Positions 37,421 to 51,151 of a DNA stretch of 64,000 nucleotides are shown here, piece after piece. This DNA comes from Eledone cirrhosa (taxonomy: Eukaryota). The translations under genes and the position numbers were made by a program. The stretch covers positions 64,914,001-64,978,000 of the forward strand of contig OZ024741.1 in the NCBI GenBank assembly GCA_964016885.1. The letters run 5' to 3'. The notes beneath the pieces are model-generated. The model was not told where the DNA came from, searched no databases, and worked only from the letters and a program-made list of their open reading frames with translations. Each line of letters starts with the position of its first letter. Position 1 is the first letter of the stretch.

Positions 37421-38124
37421 TCGTGTATAATGAAATGATAATACAATTAGGAAGTGATCAAAGCTAATTCTATGTTTTTTTTTACAATTTTTCCAGCATG
37501 CTTATTAACTTTATTAAGGTTGTTTTAGTACAGAGATAATATAGCAAAGGGAGGGAAGATTGAGGTGGGGTGATCCATATGTAAATTAGTGAATATTTTA
37601 ATGGGTTTTATACCCGTACTACACAGAAAACAGTGAATGAGAATGTGAGAATGTAAGTGTGAGTATATTTATGAGGAAAGATATAAAGGGAAAAAACAAA
37701 GAAACAAGCTTAAATAATTTAAAAACAACATAATAAAAAATAGTAAAAAAATATTTTTTTAAAAACCCAGGACACTGTAAACATGAATGTTGAAATATAA
37801 ATAAATAACAAAAGAAAATAATATACAAACAAAAATATTTTTTAAACAACAAAGACAAATGTCACAGCAATAGTAATAACAACCAACAAGGGTGCTTCTA
37901 AGTGGTCAAACTACCTGCTAGAAATAGTAGTAACATTTCCTTCAAATCACATCCTGTTCTCATAAGATGGACATTTTAGATAGTGTGTTTGTGTGTTTTC
38001 TGCACATAAGAAAAAAGATGAGACTGCCACAACTGGAATGTCTTTGATCACAGGTCCGCTTGATCAAGACTAACCTAGGGTTAAACAACAACAATGACTA
38101 GTCCAATAACACAAGTAAAGAGAC

Positions 38125-38236
38125 TGTACATGTGTATATAATGTACGTTTGTACATTACCCTATGTACTATACATACACTTTTGATGAGTTGTAGTGCAC
38201 CTAAGCACTCACTGTACACAATATTTTCATTATTAT

Positions 38237-38270
<34 letters not shown>

Positions 38271-38692
38271 TTATATGATGCCTGTGTCAGGAATGCGATG
38301 CTGCATGGTAGTGAGACATGGGCCGCAACTGCAGAGGATATGCGATGGTTGGAGAGAAATGAGGCAAGCATGCTCCGTTGGATGTGCAATCTCAATGTGC
38401 GTGAACGACCCAGCATGAATGTGTTGAGAGAGAAACTGTGTCTGAGAGAGGAGACTGAGGTGGTATAGACATGTGATGTGCATGGAGGATGACCGATGGG
38501 TGAAGAAATGCCAGTTGAAGGAAGATGTGGTAGAGGTAGACCACAAAAAAACATGGGTGGAGGTGGTGAGAACACAACTCAGATCGCTGAAGCTCACGGT
38601 GGAGATTACGAAGAACCGTGACAAGTGGAGAGATGCTGTGCTGAATAAGACCCGTCCCACCCTTGCAAGCAGGGAAGAGCGGACGTAAAATG

Positions 38693-38700
<8 letters not shown>
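38125..38700 (+). mobile_element. CR1 3' tip followed by an RTE 3' fragment
   Basis: CR1 tail stem-loop and (ATT)n to ~38240, (TA)n, then YDACVRNAMLHGSETW...(GAT)n. Confidence 0.85.
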
Positions 38701-38741
<41 letters not shown>

Positions 38742-38994
38742 ATACTCATCCTTTTTACATTCAGAGGATTTTTTTAAATCCCCACTAACAGACTATATAT
38801 TTATATATGGCCATTTTATTGTAGCATCATAACTGAGTAAAGAAATGGTGAATGAGTGTGTATGTAAATTTTAAAGAAACTATACAAAAACACACATGGC
38901 ATATTATTATGGTTAATATACAGAGTACCCGACCTCCCATGGGTACAAGCTGAAGCATATAGACAATATGCCCCCACACCCCCCTCGCAAGGTG

Positions 38995-39252
38995 GTCGTA
39001 GAGGTGCCACGGCAAAAAAGCACCCAGCCCACACTGTAAAGTGGACGTGTAGGCGCCACGAAAAAGCACCCAGCACTCACTGTAAATGAGGTTGGTGTTA
39101 GGAAGGGCATCCAGCTGTAGAAATCAAGCCAGATCAGTTCCTGTATGAGCAAGGCATGGTCAGCCGACCAGACACTGCCCACAACAGGACAACCCGTCTA
39201 ACCCATGCTAGCGTGGTAGAACGGACGTAAAATGATGATGATGATGATGATG
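38995..39252 (+). mobile_element. RTE 3' UTR-derived fragment
   Basis: Tandem AAAAAGCACCCAG units, TAGGAAGGGCATCCAGC, AACCCATGCTAGCGTGG and (GAT)n. Confidence 0.75.
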
Positions 39253-40454
39253 AAACCAAATTTAATACTGAAAATGTTTTAGCAAGAAAATTTACTATCT
39301 TTGAGGTGGGAATGCTTCATTCACCTAGCACATTTAGAATGTACATCCCTCCCTGCTGGCTACTATCAACACCATTTTGCACCTGGTTATTCCATTTTCC
39401 CTACCCTCCCCTCTTATCCTTTTCCTCTCACACACATCTTTCAAATATTTATTCTCAGTGCTAACAGAAATTGAAAAAAAGAAAAATTCTCTCTCTTGAA
39501 CGAAGAGTCTGTGTTAGAAATGTCACGACTCTCGTCACCATATGGCATATAAACTAATCCAAATTTATAAACATTACTATATAATCTAAACCATTACAAG
39601 TGTCACCGGACTCTGTCTTAAACCTTTCTATATTAAAAAATAAACATAAGCCAAACAACTTAAGGGAGGTAACTTAGTTCTGCTTACATTGAATAGCGAT
39701 GATATAAATATACTAGGTTGCTGATATTTTATGCATACACACACTTCTATTTAAATTAATTTTTTTAATTCAATTTAAATTAATCTAAGTTAATTCCGTC
39801 AATGTGATTTATATTATTTCTTATGTATTTTGATGTGTATTCACATTACACATCCATTTCTTTCCACAGCCTTCACACATCCTCTGCATTCAAGGCCCAC
39901 ATCTCATTACCCTTAAATATCACAGTTCACACACGAGCTATGTTGATTACCAGACTCGCAGAAAAATAATAAAAAATAGAAACTTTTCAAGACTAACAAA
40001 AATAAAAGATTTAGAAAAAAAACTGAAAAAGAAAGAAAACAAAAATACAGCTGATCAGAAATAATTACTGGTATGAGTAATTAATATATATGAAATATAA
40101 AATAACAAAAGATGTAACATACCCTTTGCGTTTGTAACTGAAGGAGAGCATACTGGGGGACTGAGACTCCTCTGTAAAAGATGAAAAAAAGAAAGATATA
40201 GAAATATAACACAATTGTGAAGTTTAACAAAGTTTGTATAGGTTATTATTATTGTTGTTGTCATGGATTGGCAGAATCTTTAGAGCAGTGGACAAAATGT
40301 TTTACAGCATTTATTATTAGTTCAAACTACATTGGTCAACATTGTTTTTTTTATCCTACTGGGGTCGATAAAATAAAGTACCAGTCAAGTACTGGGGTTG
40401 GTATAATCGATTTTCAGGTACCACCTAACTACTGGGTCTTTTGCCTACATTAGT

Positions 40455-40895
40455 TCCCACCCTTATCTATAGTCATGAATCTTGGGTAATGACTGAAAGA
40501 ATATGATCGTGAATACAAGTCGCTGAAATGGGGTTGCTCCGAAGGGTCTTTGGAGTAACGTTACTCAATAAAGTGCATAGCTTGAAGATCAGAGAGTCAC
40601 TCCAGGTAGAGTTGCTACTTCTCCGAACTGAGAGATCACGACTCTGATACTATGGGCATGTGGTTAGAACGTCTCAGGAAGGAATCACTGGACAGATTTT
40701 ACAGGTAAAACCAACCAACAGGAGATTCAGGGGTAGACTCCAAACAAGATGGTTGGATAACATCCATGAGCTTGGCTGGTCTCACTTGGAGATCCAGCCA
40801 GATCAATTGGAGATGGTTGCTTCTGACAGGACCTGCTGGAAGGAGTGTTTGAGGACTCTGCCCCCACAACCCTCTAGGAATAAGTGGGAGAAGAA
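40455..40895 (+). mobile_element. Expander/Rex3-like RTE 3' fragment
   Basis: Homologous to 3390-3810 (AEMGLLRRVFGVTLL..., GR..TRWLDNI). Confidence 0.8.
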
Positions 40896-41223
40896 GACCA
40901 TAATAATAATTATTATTATTATAAAGTCACGCCAGCACTAAGGAGGATGTCATGTCTGACACAAGAGTCCATTTAATGCTGTGGCAAGGTTTCTGTAGCT
41001 GGATGCCTTTCCTATCATCAACCACTTTACAGAGTGTGCTGGGTGTGTTTTATCGTGTCACCAACGCCAGAGCGGTTGCTAAGCCCTTGACACAACTGAG
41101 TCCTCTCAACCTTTTTTGATAAAACAATACAAAATAAATAATGACAGCCCTCATTAGTTTAGTCAATTTAATTTAAGATATTTTAATAAATGATTGACCT
41201 TAAATATAAGATGAGATGTTTAA

Positions 41224-41443
41224 CCTTTAGCATTTACATTACTCTATATTTCCCATTTTATTTTTGTGGTAAAGGCTTTATCTTACATAATTATGTCATA
41301 TAATTTTGAAGCTACGAGATTTTAATGTTATTTATTTTGAGAACAATACATAAACATTTGTATGAGCGGCTGGTTATGGCTGGTTTGAACAGAAAGAAGT
41401 GACAGAATTCTGGCCGGATATAGCCAGTTTAAATGCTAAAGAA
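41224..41443. mobile_element. piggyBac-like MITE (family A, opposite orientation)
   Basis: TTAA flanks; body is the reverse complement of 24880-25099. Confidence 0.7.
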
Positions 41444-42593
41444 TTAAGAGGTTTACAAATATCATTGAGGGACAAACTTACTTACTGTAAGGCATTTAAT
41501 CTGATAACTACCATCTAATCCAACCAGCAACATGAGCTAACAATAATAATTGTTTTTAATAGTATGCCTTTTGATATTAAACTGCCAGAAATCGATCTTA
41601 GTTCTGTGATACTAAATTGTGTTTTTAAGTGTCTATAGCTATCAAAAACCTTTTATTATATTTCTATGTAAGAATTTTTATGTTTCAAACACTAGCTTAA
41701 TAAGTTAGTTTAGTTACTAAATCCCTTCAAATTGTTATGTTAAAAAATATTTGAAAGTCATATATAATGTCTTTCATGAGAAACATGGTAACAAAGTCAT
41801 AAATTTCAGGGGAGAAGTTTGTCAATTAAATCAACGCCAGTACTTGACTGGTATTTTACTTTATCAAGCCTAGAAGAAGGAACAGCAATGTTGACTGGGA
41901 CAGGATTTGAACTCAGAATGTAGAATATGATGAGGCATTTAAAATGATAAAACTTTAACAATTTTGTCAATCCACAATCCAATAACAAGAACAAGAACAA
42001 CAACAACATATTATGGATTTATAACATTACTAATTTATCTAACAATGTTTATATAATTCATTTTAGATGGTCAAGTTATTTCAATATTACTGTTTCAGAA
42101 AATATATAAAGCTCATTCACAGTTAGAAATGGTTAGAAAGACATGTACATAACTTCACTAATGAAAGCATACACCACTAAAAGTATTTAAAAAAATACTT
42201 ACCTCTCCTAGTAGGGTTTAAAAAGAAAATAATTTAGTGTGTCTATGTGAGTGGGGTGGATGGATAGACAACATAGAAAATAACTGTAGATATATAGTTT
42301 ATTATTATTTTATTTTACTTAAACCATTCATGGCCACGTTTTTAATGAAGGCACTGCTAAAGTTTCAATTAAGTTTGAGAGTAATCAAGAATTTGAAAAG
42401 ATTTAGTAAAATATGTAACTATTTATCTCTTTTATTTTTTACTGGTAATGTCAGGCTGCTATTTGACACATAACCTAACAAAAATGTTATTATATAAAAT
42501 CATAAAGGAAGGGTTTAACTTTTATACATAAATACTTTAAAACAGGCAGTTTTGTATGAAAGAACCAGGTGGTTACAGGTGGATTGTATTTAA

Positions 42594-42803
42594 CCCTTTA
42601 GTGTTCAAACCGGCCAGAATTCTCTACCTCTTTCTGTTGAAACTGGCTGTAACTGGTCGCTCAAACTGATGTTAAGGTATTGTTCTCAAAATAAATACTT
42701 TCAAAATCTCATAGATTCGATATTATGTGAGATAATTATGTGCGGTAAAGCCTTTACCACGAAAATATAATAGTATACATAAAATAATGTGAATGCTAAA
42801 GGG
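42594..42803. mobile_element. piggyBac-like MITE (family A)
   Basis: TTAA|CCCTTTAG ... CTAAAGGG|TTAA. Confidence 0.85.
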
Positions 42804-43259
42804 TTAAATGGTTAAATAAAGACTACCATATACAATGGCATGAACTGTGTTTTATATTATTAGATTATTTTATAAATATCTTCTAAAAATATGTAAATAC
42901 TTGATTTAAAGTCAGATATTATTAGAAAGTCACAAGTTATGACACATAGATGAACAGATTACATATAATATAAATATAAGATTTGTTAATAATTTGTGTC
43001 AAAGATTTATTCATTAATTGTGTATGTTTGTATGTAGGGGGTGAAATAAGAGACAATTTAATTAAGTAGGAAAAGAAAAGTTTTATAGAAAAAAATATTT
43101 TTCCCTGTTTATAAATAAACACAATATACATACATACATACATACATACATACATACATACGTACGTACGTACGTATGTATGTAATATAGAATATTATAT
43201 AACTTCAGTAAATTTAGAAATATAAGGGAGGTAACTTTCCTTTCCTTTATTAAATTAAC

Positions 43260-43440
43260 TGTTTCTACTTTAGGCACAAGGCCAGCAATTATCCAGTGCA
43301 TTACTGGTACTTTATTTTATCGACCCCGTAAGGATGAAAGGCAAAGTCAACCTCGGCGGGATTTGAACTCAGATCGTAAAGGGACGTAACTATGCTGGAA
43401 AGCATGGCGTCCGACCCTCTACCGATACTGCCAATCCACC
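43260..43440 (-). mobile_element. tRNA-derived SINE
   Basis: Full reverse copy of the dominant family. Confidence 0.9.
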
Positions 43441-44609
43441 AACATTTCCAAAAATCGCCTTCATAGATGATGTGTAATTTTAATGAGTAAAGTAATAAAA
43501 AAGAAAGAAAAAGAAGTACTAAATAAAGAGAATAAAAAAAAAAACATATTTGTCTTTGTGCGTGTGTGCACAAAGACACTATAAACCTTCATAATAAAGA
43601 ATTGTAATAATTATTAAGATAAAAAAGAGGGAAACAAACGTTTTTCTGAAATAGAAGTATTTATTAATTGGAATTATTATAATTAATATTATTGCATTTA
43701 AGATGTCATAGAAATTTTTCCGGGAATCTGGAAATAAATGAATAAAGTTAAAAGGAGGAAATAAGAAATGATTAGCAGAAAAAAGAAAGAAAATAAATGA
43801 GTGGGGAAAAAAACGGAAATAGATGAAAAAACAAACAATTTAAATGCAGAAAAAATAAATTAAAATTAAACCCAATTAATTTCATGAGTGTAAAATATAT
43901 GAATATATATATATATATTTTCAAATTATAAATCTTTCATATCAGCTATAATTACATGATTAGTAAATATTGATTAGTTGTAAGTTATTTTTCTTCTTTT
44001 TCTTAAGGTTTTGTAGCAGATGTGTTTATTGGCAGTAATTAATACCCCACCCAACCCCAAAGCTCCAACCAAAGTATGCATACAAATAATGTTCTCACAC
44101 TCTGAATATGGCAAGTGGGGAAAAAAAAAAAAATGAATCAAATGAAACTATCCTTGTAATTTCAAGATTGAAACTCCCATTAGGAATGAATGTTCAAGCA
44201 AATTAGAGAGAACACCTACACCCTAGGCTGATCCAAGTTTTGGGGGCAAAACTTTTATACAGTATAGTGAAAGTAGACTTCATTTAAAAGCAGCAGATGT
44301 GTTTCGAGCTTATTAGATTTCCTCAGGAAAGCATATTTACTCAGTAAGGAAGAGGGTTAATTTTCCTTGACTATGAATGTAGAAATGGTAATACATAAGA
44401 TTTTTGGTTATTTTATACTAGTAAAGGAAGGGTTAAAAAAGAATGGAAGGACACACTGGATAATGTAGTCCAGATTACACTGTCTAAAAACAAGATGGGA
44501 TGGTCATGACTGGAATGTTTTGATTATATGTCTGCTTTGTTAAATCTGAACTAAACAACAACTGCTACTTATTTTTATCGACCATAGATGAACAAAATGC
44601 AAAGTTTGT

Positions 44610-45069
44610 GAACTCGTGGGCATGCCAACAAAGTCAGAAAACAGCACAGCTCCCATGACTTTCGGAAACATTTTTTCACGCTCAGAGTTGCTGAAGCATG
44701 GAACAAACTCCCTGCATCCTTTAAAACCCCCATGTACATATGTGTGTGGGTGTATATATATATATATAATTAGCATTTAACATTTGTTTTTCCATGTTGG
44801 TTTGGCTTGGACAGGTGTTATTGATTAAGTTGATACTGCATCAGTTGTTAGCTGTCGAGACACTGTATCCTTCAAAACTTCCATCCTTCCTGAGATTTGC
44901 CAACACTGCACCTAATATTCCCCCTCCATACACATGCACACATGTATATCATGACTCATACACTATTCACTTCCCTGACATTTGTATATTATTCTATGTA
45001 CTATACATGCACCTTTGATGAGTTGTAGTGCACCTGAGCACTGTACACAATAATTTCATTATTATTATT
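44610..45069 (+). mobile_element. Composite CR1 3' fragments with captured flank
   Basis: CR1 segment 44610-44730, (TA)n, inverted RTE-like tail, CR1 3' end with (ATT)n. Confidence 0.8.
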
Positions 45070-45949
45070 AGAATGAAAAAGTCTTGAACAAAATTGCTTA
45101 GTTAGGAAGAAGAGCAGTACCCATGACCCTTTCAGGGAAGGGAGGGAAGGTATCACCAAATTCTTGCAACAGAGTGGACTCTGCTAAAGGCACTCAAGGG
45201 CATGGTGGTAGTGTTAAACCTTTCGTTACCCTATTTCTAATGAAATACTTTGTCATCATCATCATTTAAAGTCTATTTTCCATGCTAGCATGGGTTAGAC
45301 GGGTCGTTCCATTTGAGGTAAGTTGAGTCGGGTGACCGTGTCTTACTCATATACAACTGTTTCTGGCTAGATTTCTATGGCTGGATGCCTTTCCTAACAC
45401 CAACCACATTTAGAGTGTGGGCTGGGTGCTGTTTGCTGTGACACCTACACGACCACGTTACAGTGTAGGCTGATATACTTTATATTTTAATTATTTAACA
45501 AAACATTTGGGAAGGATTCACTAAAATTATAATTTCATTAAAATGGTATTTGTAACATAACAACATTTTCTTATATAAGATTATATTGGAATCCTTTAAA
45601 ATGAGTAATTTTGTTTCATAGAAAGAGAGGTGGTTTTAGACAGGTTGTTATTAAAAGGGTTAAATTTGGTGACTGATTAAATCTACCAGTTGGGCAGAGC
45701 AGGATCTGAACACAAGATGCAAAAAGCCACAATAAATATCGCAAAGCAAATTTGACCTCGGCAAGATTTGAACTAGGAATGCAAAGAGCTAAAGTAAATG
45801 TATGTATATATGAACATGTAACTCCTGATGGAGTTATAGGAGTACTCTCATGTTAAACAACATATCTTGGGCATTTTAAACCGAGCAGGACCCATGTCCG
45901 AATACAGCCGATTAGAGGGGGGGGGGTGTTTGACCCCCCATTACTGAAC

Positions 45950-46230
45950 TGGTGGTTTGTGGTTTGGCGTAGAGTTATGACCCATTACGTTCTGAGTTCA
46001 AATCGTGCCGAGGTTAACTTTGCCTTTCATTCTTACGGGGTCAACAAAATAAAGCACCAGTAATGCACTGGGGTAATTGCTGGCCTTGTGTCAAAAGTAG
46101 AAACATTATTTATTGATCTGAAAAGGTTAAAAAGCAAAGTTGACCTCAGCAGGATTTGAGAGCAGAGAGCTGGAACAAATGCTGCAAAGCATTCTATCCG
46201 ATATTCTAAAGACTCTGCCAATCCATTGCC
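45950..46230. mobile_element. Two SINEs in opposite orientation
   Basis: Plus copy ~45950-46110; decayed minus copy ~46110-46230. Confidence 0.75.
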
Positions 46231-46479
46231 TCCCAGCAGTTGGCATTAATGATTTCAATTCCCAGCATAGAAAGCTACCTGTGATAAACTAGTGTATCAT
46301 ATTTATATAGTGTAGAAGTTGGAGTTGAAACATAAGGTCTCAAATGTATTCAACATAAGGTCTCATATGTATTTAACATAAGGTCCCATATATAGTATAC
46401 TTGTGATGTTAAATGGGTGAGCTTTAATATGCACACACATTCACACACGCTTAGTATCTCTTTTGTCTCTATGACACAT

Positions 46480-46900
46480 ATACACATGCACTCACCCAAT
46501 ATCTTTTTCATATATACAATCAGAATCTTTTTCATATACATACACGCATAATCTCTTTTATATATACACATACATAATCTCTCTTTTATATACACATATA
46601 CAATCTCTCTTCCATATACACACAATCTCTTTCATATACATAAACTCTCTTTCATATGCAATCTCTTTTATATACACACATACATACAATCTCCCTTTCA
46701 TATATACACAATTTCACTTTCATTTATGCATATACACATAATCTCTCTTTCATATACACACACAATTTCTATTTCATATTTACATACAACATAATCTCTA
46801 TTTCATATACACACATACAATCTCTTTTATATGCACACAATCTCTCATATGCACATATACATATATGCATAATCTCTCATTTATATACATACATGCAAAA
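46480..46900. repeat. Degenerate minisatellite (ATACACA..ATCTCTCTTTC-like units)
   Basis: Recurring CAATCTCT(C)TTTCATATACAC motif. Confidence 0.8.
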
Positions 46901-48174
46901 TCTCTCTTTTTCAAATGTAGATATACATACCTTTTTTTCTCTCACTCTCGTACTCACTGCAAAGCACTCACTCTCTCATTTACATTCCCCCCATACACAT
47001 ACACAAGTGTGTGTGTGTGTGTGGAGCTTTATACAAAATGAATATATTACAAAAATGAAAAAGGAATATATATATATATAAAAAAATAAATAAACAAATA
47101 AACCCAGTCAGAGACAAAAATCCCAAACTCGGGTTCCTAACTCCCCACCACCATCACCACCACTACCACTTTCCACACCAAACCATTGACTAAAATTATC
47201 TTGCAACATTTAATAATATTGACAAGGGGCCAAAATAGCATATGGACAATACTAATACTACTAATAATAATGATGATAATAATAGCAATAATATCGTTAA
47301 TAGTAATGATAAACAACAATGATGACGATAATTATAATTCCTAACTATATTAATAAAAAATAAAGCACAATAGACTAACAAATAGCTAAGAATAGGATTC
47401 ATTTCTATTCAATGAAGGACACGTTTTGTTTTAGCTTTTGTCCTTTTGTTGGGGTTTTGGTGGGGTTGTTTTCTCATTTATTTATTTATTTATTCACTTT
47501 TCTTTTCACAAATAAATTCTATAGTAATCCTAAAATTTCATTTTTTTTTTGTGTTTTTGCACAATAAAAACCGAACCAACCAGATCAATATCTGTATTTT
47601 TATGGTACTCTATGGCCTTAGGATTCTGTTATGATATCACTATTAGTAAAAAAAAAGATACAAACTATACATTCTCTAACCATTAATATTGTGTAGGATT
47701 ACTTCTAACCCCTTTGTTACCATATTTCTAATGAATTTTGAAAATAATGAAGAATTAAGGAGGATCTAGTATAATAACTAATGTTCTAATTTTCAAACTG
47801 GTGTTTAGAGCATAACATAATAAATATTCCCACATAGAATTATGGTGGAAGGTTTTCAGATAAATACAAACACTTTAAAACAAACAGCTTTGAATAATGG
47901 AACCAGTGACAGTTACGAGTAGTAAGATACCAAAAGGGCTATAGGTTCTGTTTTTGTCTAGTGCACAGGTGAAATTTTACCCACATTCAAACTTGAAACC
48001 ATTCACTAACAATATTTCTAAAAATACATATGGGGGAGGAGGAAATGCTTAAGCTTTGAAATCAAATAAATTGCATTCCTATGAATGGGTAAAATTAATG
48101 ATTTATTATTTTTCTTAGCCAAATGAGAGAAAGCCAAACTATGGTAGAGCTATGTATTCTTTTATCATCATCCT

Positions 48175-48600
48175 TCTTTGCCCACTTATACCTGAGAGAG
48201 TCGTGGGGGCAGAGTCCTTAACTCTTTAGCATTTAAACCGGCCAGAATTCTTTCACCTTTTTCTGTTCAAACTGATTGTAACTGGCTACTCATTCTGATG
48301 TTCAAGTATTGTTCTCAAAATAAATAATGTCAAAATCTCATAATAATTATATGAATTAAAGCCTTTACCATGAAAATACAATAGTAAATATAGAATAATA
48401 TAAATGCTAAAGGGTTAAACACTCTTTCCTGCGGGTCCTGTCAGAAGCAACCGTCTCCAACTGATCCGGCTGGATCCCCAAGTGAGACCAGCCAAACTCA
48501 TGGATGTTATCCAACCACCTTGCTCAGAGTCTACCCCTGGGTCTCTTGCCTGTTGGTTTGCCCATAAAATCTTTCCTGAGACTTTCTAACCACATGCCCA
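48175..48600 (-). mobile_element. Expander-like RTE 3' fragment split by a piggyBac-like MITE (48222-48414)
   Basis: Matches 3390-3630 on both sides of the MITE; TTAA is duplicated at the insertion. Confidence 0.85.
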
Positions 48601-48726
48601 TCCGGGTAGTTGGGTGGGTCCAGGTCTCACATCCCACAAACTGTTCCCATACCCTACTGAGTGTATTTTATGGTCACCAGCACTAAGGGAGTTATCATGT
48701 CTTTGACACAGCTGAAGAGTCTCTAC

Positions 48727-48845
48727 TGAGTTCAAATCCCGCCGAGGTTAACTTTGCCTTTCATCCTTACGGGGTCGATAAAATAAAGTACCAGTAATGT
48801 ACTGGGTTATTGGTGGCCTTGTGCCTAAAATAGAAACAATTATTA
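48727..48845 (+). mobile_element. 5'-truncated SINE
   Basis: B-box through tail of the dominant family. Confidence 0.85.
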
Positions 48846-49878
48846 GGTATTACATAGTTAATATATCGATATTATCATGGTTCACTCAACCTTTCGAAAC
48901 GATTGTAAAATAATGAACTAATTAAACACTAAAACCCCACCTTCTTTGTTTTCATTGTTCAACCTATATATATTAGACTTTGATAAAGACACCTAAGACG
49001 CAGATTGTGTGAAACAGGGTGATGGTGTTTATTGAGAAATAATGGCGACAAGGAAGGTCGCTTGACCCCGTCTTGACCAAACAAAATATAATATTTTCAC
49101 CCAAAACTGCCCTTTAAACACATGTCAGATGGATTACAATATTCATTATTACAACTACTTTGTCTGTTCCCTGACAATTAGTACCAGTTTCAAGATAGAA
49201 TTATCTTAACGAAGTATATATAATTTGACTTGATTTTCGCCAACAAACCACGTGTGGACATGGACGGGAAAAAAGGAAAAAAACAAAACAAATCACTACA
49301 TTCCTTAAGGATCGCAGTAAGTACTCCACAAAACATATAAACAACAATATAACACAGATTTATATACAGATACATACCATATGCATATACACACACGTGA
49401 AAAGAAACCACACTATTTCGTGTGAGACACTATACCGGCCAATTTTACCAATTTACATTGGTAAAATATTTCTTAACATTGACTTCGCTTCTAACCCACA
49501 TACACCTTTTAATTATATATATATACTAGCAGCTGAAAGTTAATAATTTGAAAAAAAAAATATTATTGAAAGTTTATTATAAAGAAGCAGTAAAAAGAAA
49601 AAAAAGAAAAAGAAAAAGAAAAAGAAAAAGAAAAAGAAAAAGAAAAAAAAGAAAAAGAAAAAAAAAACCGTTATTTCGCTGTTAATAAACAACTGCCTTC
49701 TACAGTACGTTTCATTTAACTTACGCAGCATATTTATTTGTTTACATGCACAGACTCTTCTACACACACACAACATTTAGGAAAACGGAAACAAAATACA
49801 CAAAAAAACAGACATTTTATTTCTATCGTAATCAAGTGTGCTAAACCTATATTGTTTACATTCTGTGTTTTTCTACGG

Positions 49879-51151
49879 ATGGGTAGAAATAACAAAATTG
49901 CCATGGTGATATCCATCGATGAAATATGCGACAAAACCGGTCGATGTCCCAAAATAAAACATTGCCCAGAAAATCACATCTGCCATATCTGTGCGGAACC
50001 CGAAAACTCGTTCCGTAATCGCTGGGTCGAATGTGGAACCTGTCGCATCTCTGTCTGCCTTCAATGCACCACAGGCTTCCGGAGGATCCCAGGCCAAAAA
50101 AAGAGACATCATAATGCTATGATGGATGGAATATGGGAGATGGTCCAGCTAAAATCCTGGTCCTTTCAGTGTCTGGCCTGTGTGCCTGCCTCCACTAATG
50201 TTATTGAAAAACAACAACAACAAAAACCAATGACTGTGTCTTCCTCTACCATTGTTACTGAACAACGGCAAAAACCTATGACACTGGCTTCTACTGCTGT
50301 TCCTGTGGGAGAACATCAGAAACAACAACCCATGTCTTCCACTCCCAGTACATCTCGACACCAACAACTGGTGACTGTGTCTTCCCCTACCATTCCCGTG
50401 GAGGAACATCATCATCACCAACAACAACAACAACAGCAACAACCTGCGACTGTGTCCTGCCGTTCCCGTGGAGGAACATCATCATCACCAACGACAGCAG
50501 CAGCAGCAACAACAACAACCGACCAGTACAGATTTTGCGGAACTGCAACTAATAATTTCTGCTCTGAGAAGGGAAGTTACAGGAATAAAGGCAAGCATTC
50601 GGGTAGGACCCCACAATGAGGGGTCTTATCGGAATGCCTTGCTAAAGAATCTCCCTGTACCTCTTGCTGAAAAGACTGAAAAGACTGCGGAATCTGCTAC
50701 CCATGAAGTGATTGCCATTGGGGTACCAGAGGACAAGGCTGATCTTCAGGCATTTGCTGCCAGCTTAGCCAAAGACCTAGGCTGTGTTCCCCCAAAGGGT
50801 GCTCTCCGCCTTGGTCGACCTGGTCCAAAACCAAGACTCATCAGGCTGTCTTTTTCGGACCCCGCAGAGGCAACCTCATATCATCTGGCCTCTGCTAAAG
50901 CTGGGCGTGAAAATCGGATTACCTTCCGAACACGCCCAGGCCTACCACTCCATGTACGTCCAAAGCTACGTGCTGCAGCTTCCTTGAATCGGAACTCAGC
51001 ACAAGATGAAAGTTTTAGTCTGCGTGATGATGGGCAGATCTGGAGGTTTGTCAAGGCTGGTGAAACGTGGAAGAGAGATACCAGCTGGTCTGAGTGTGAT
51101 CTACCCACAATAACTGGCAATGTAAAAACTGCTACAACTCTGGGAAACTAA
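49879..51151 (+). pseudogene. CR1 ORF1: N-terminal PHD-like finger, Q/H-rich repeats, coiled coil, RRM-like C-terminus; one frameshift
   Basis: CHIC...WVECGTCRISVCLQC...WSFQCLAC; LRLGRPGPKPRLIRLSF. Frame changes within a ~70-bp duplicated polyQ unit near 50455. Confidence 0.8.

Noticed and set aside
39870-39965. Strong-looking plus-strand acceptor TTTCTTTCCACAG followed by open frames
   Set aside because: The minus strand reads GNEMWALNAEDV*RL, a decayed RTE fragment (HGSETWALxAED).
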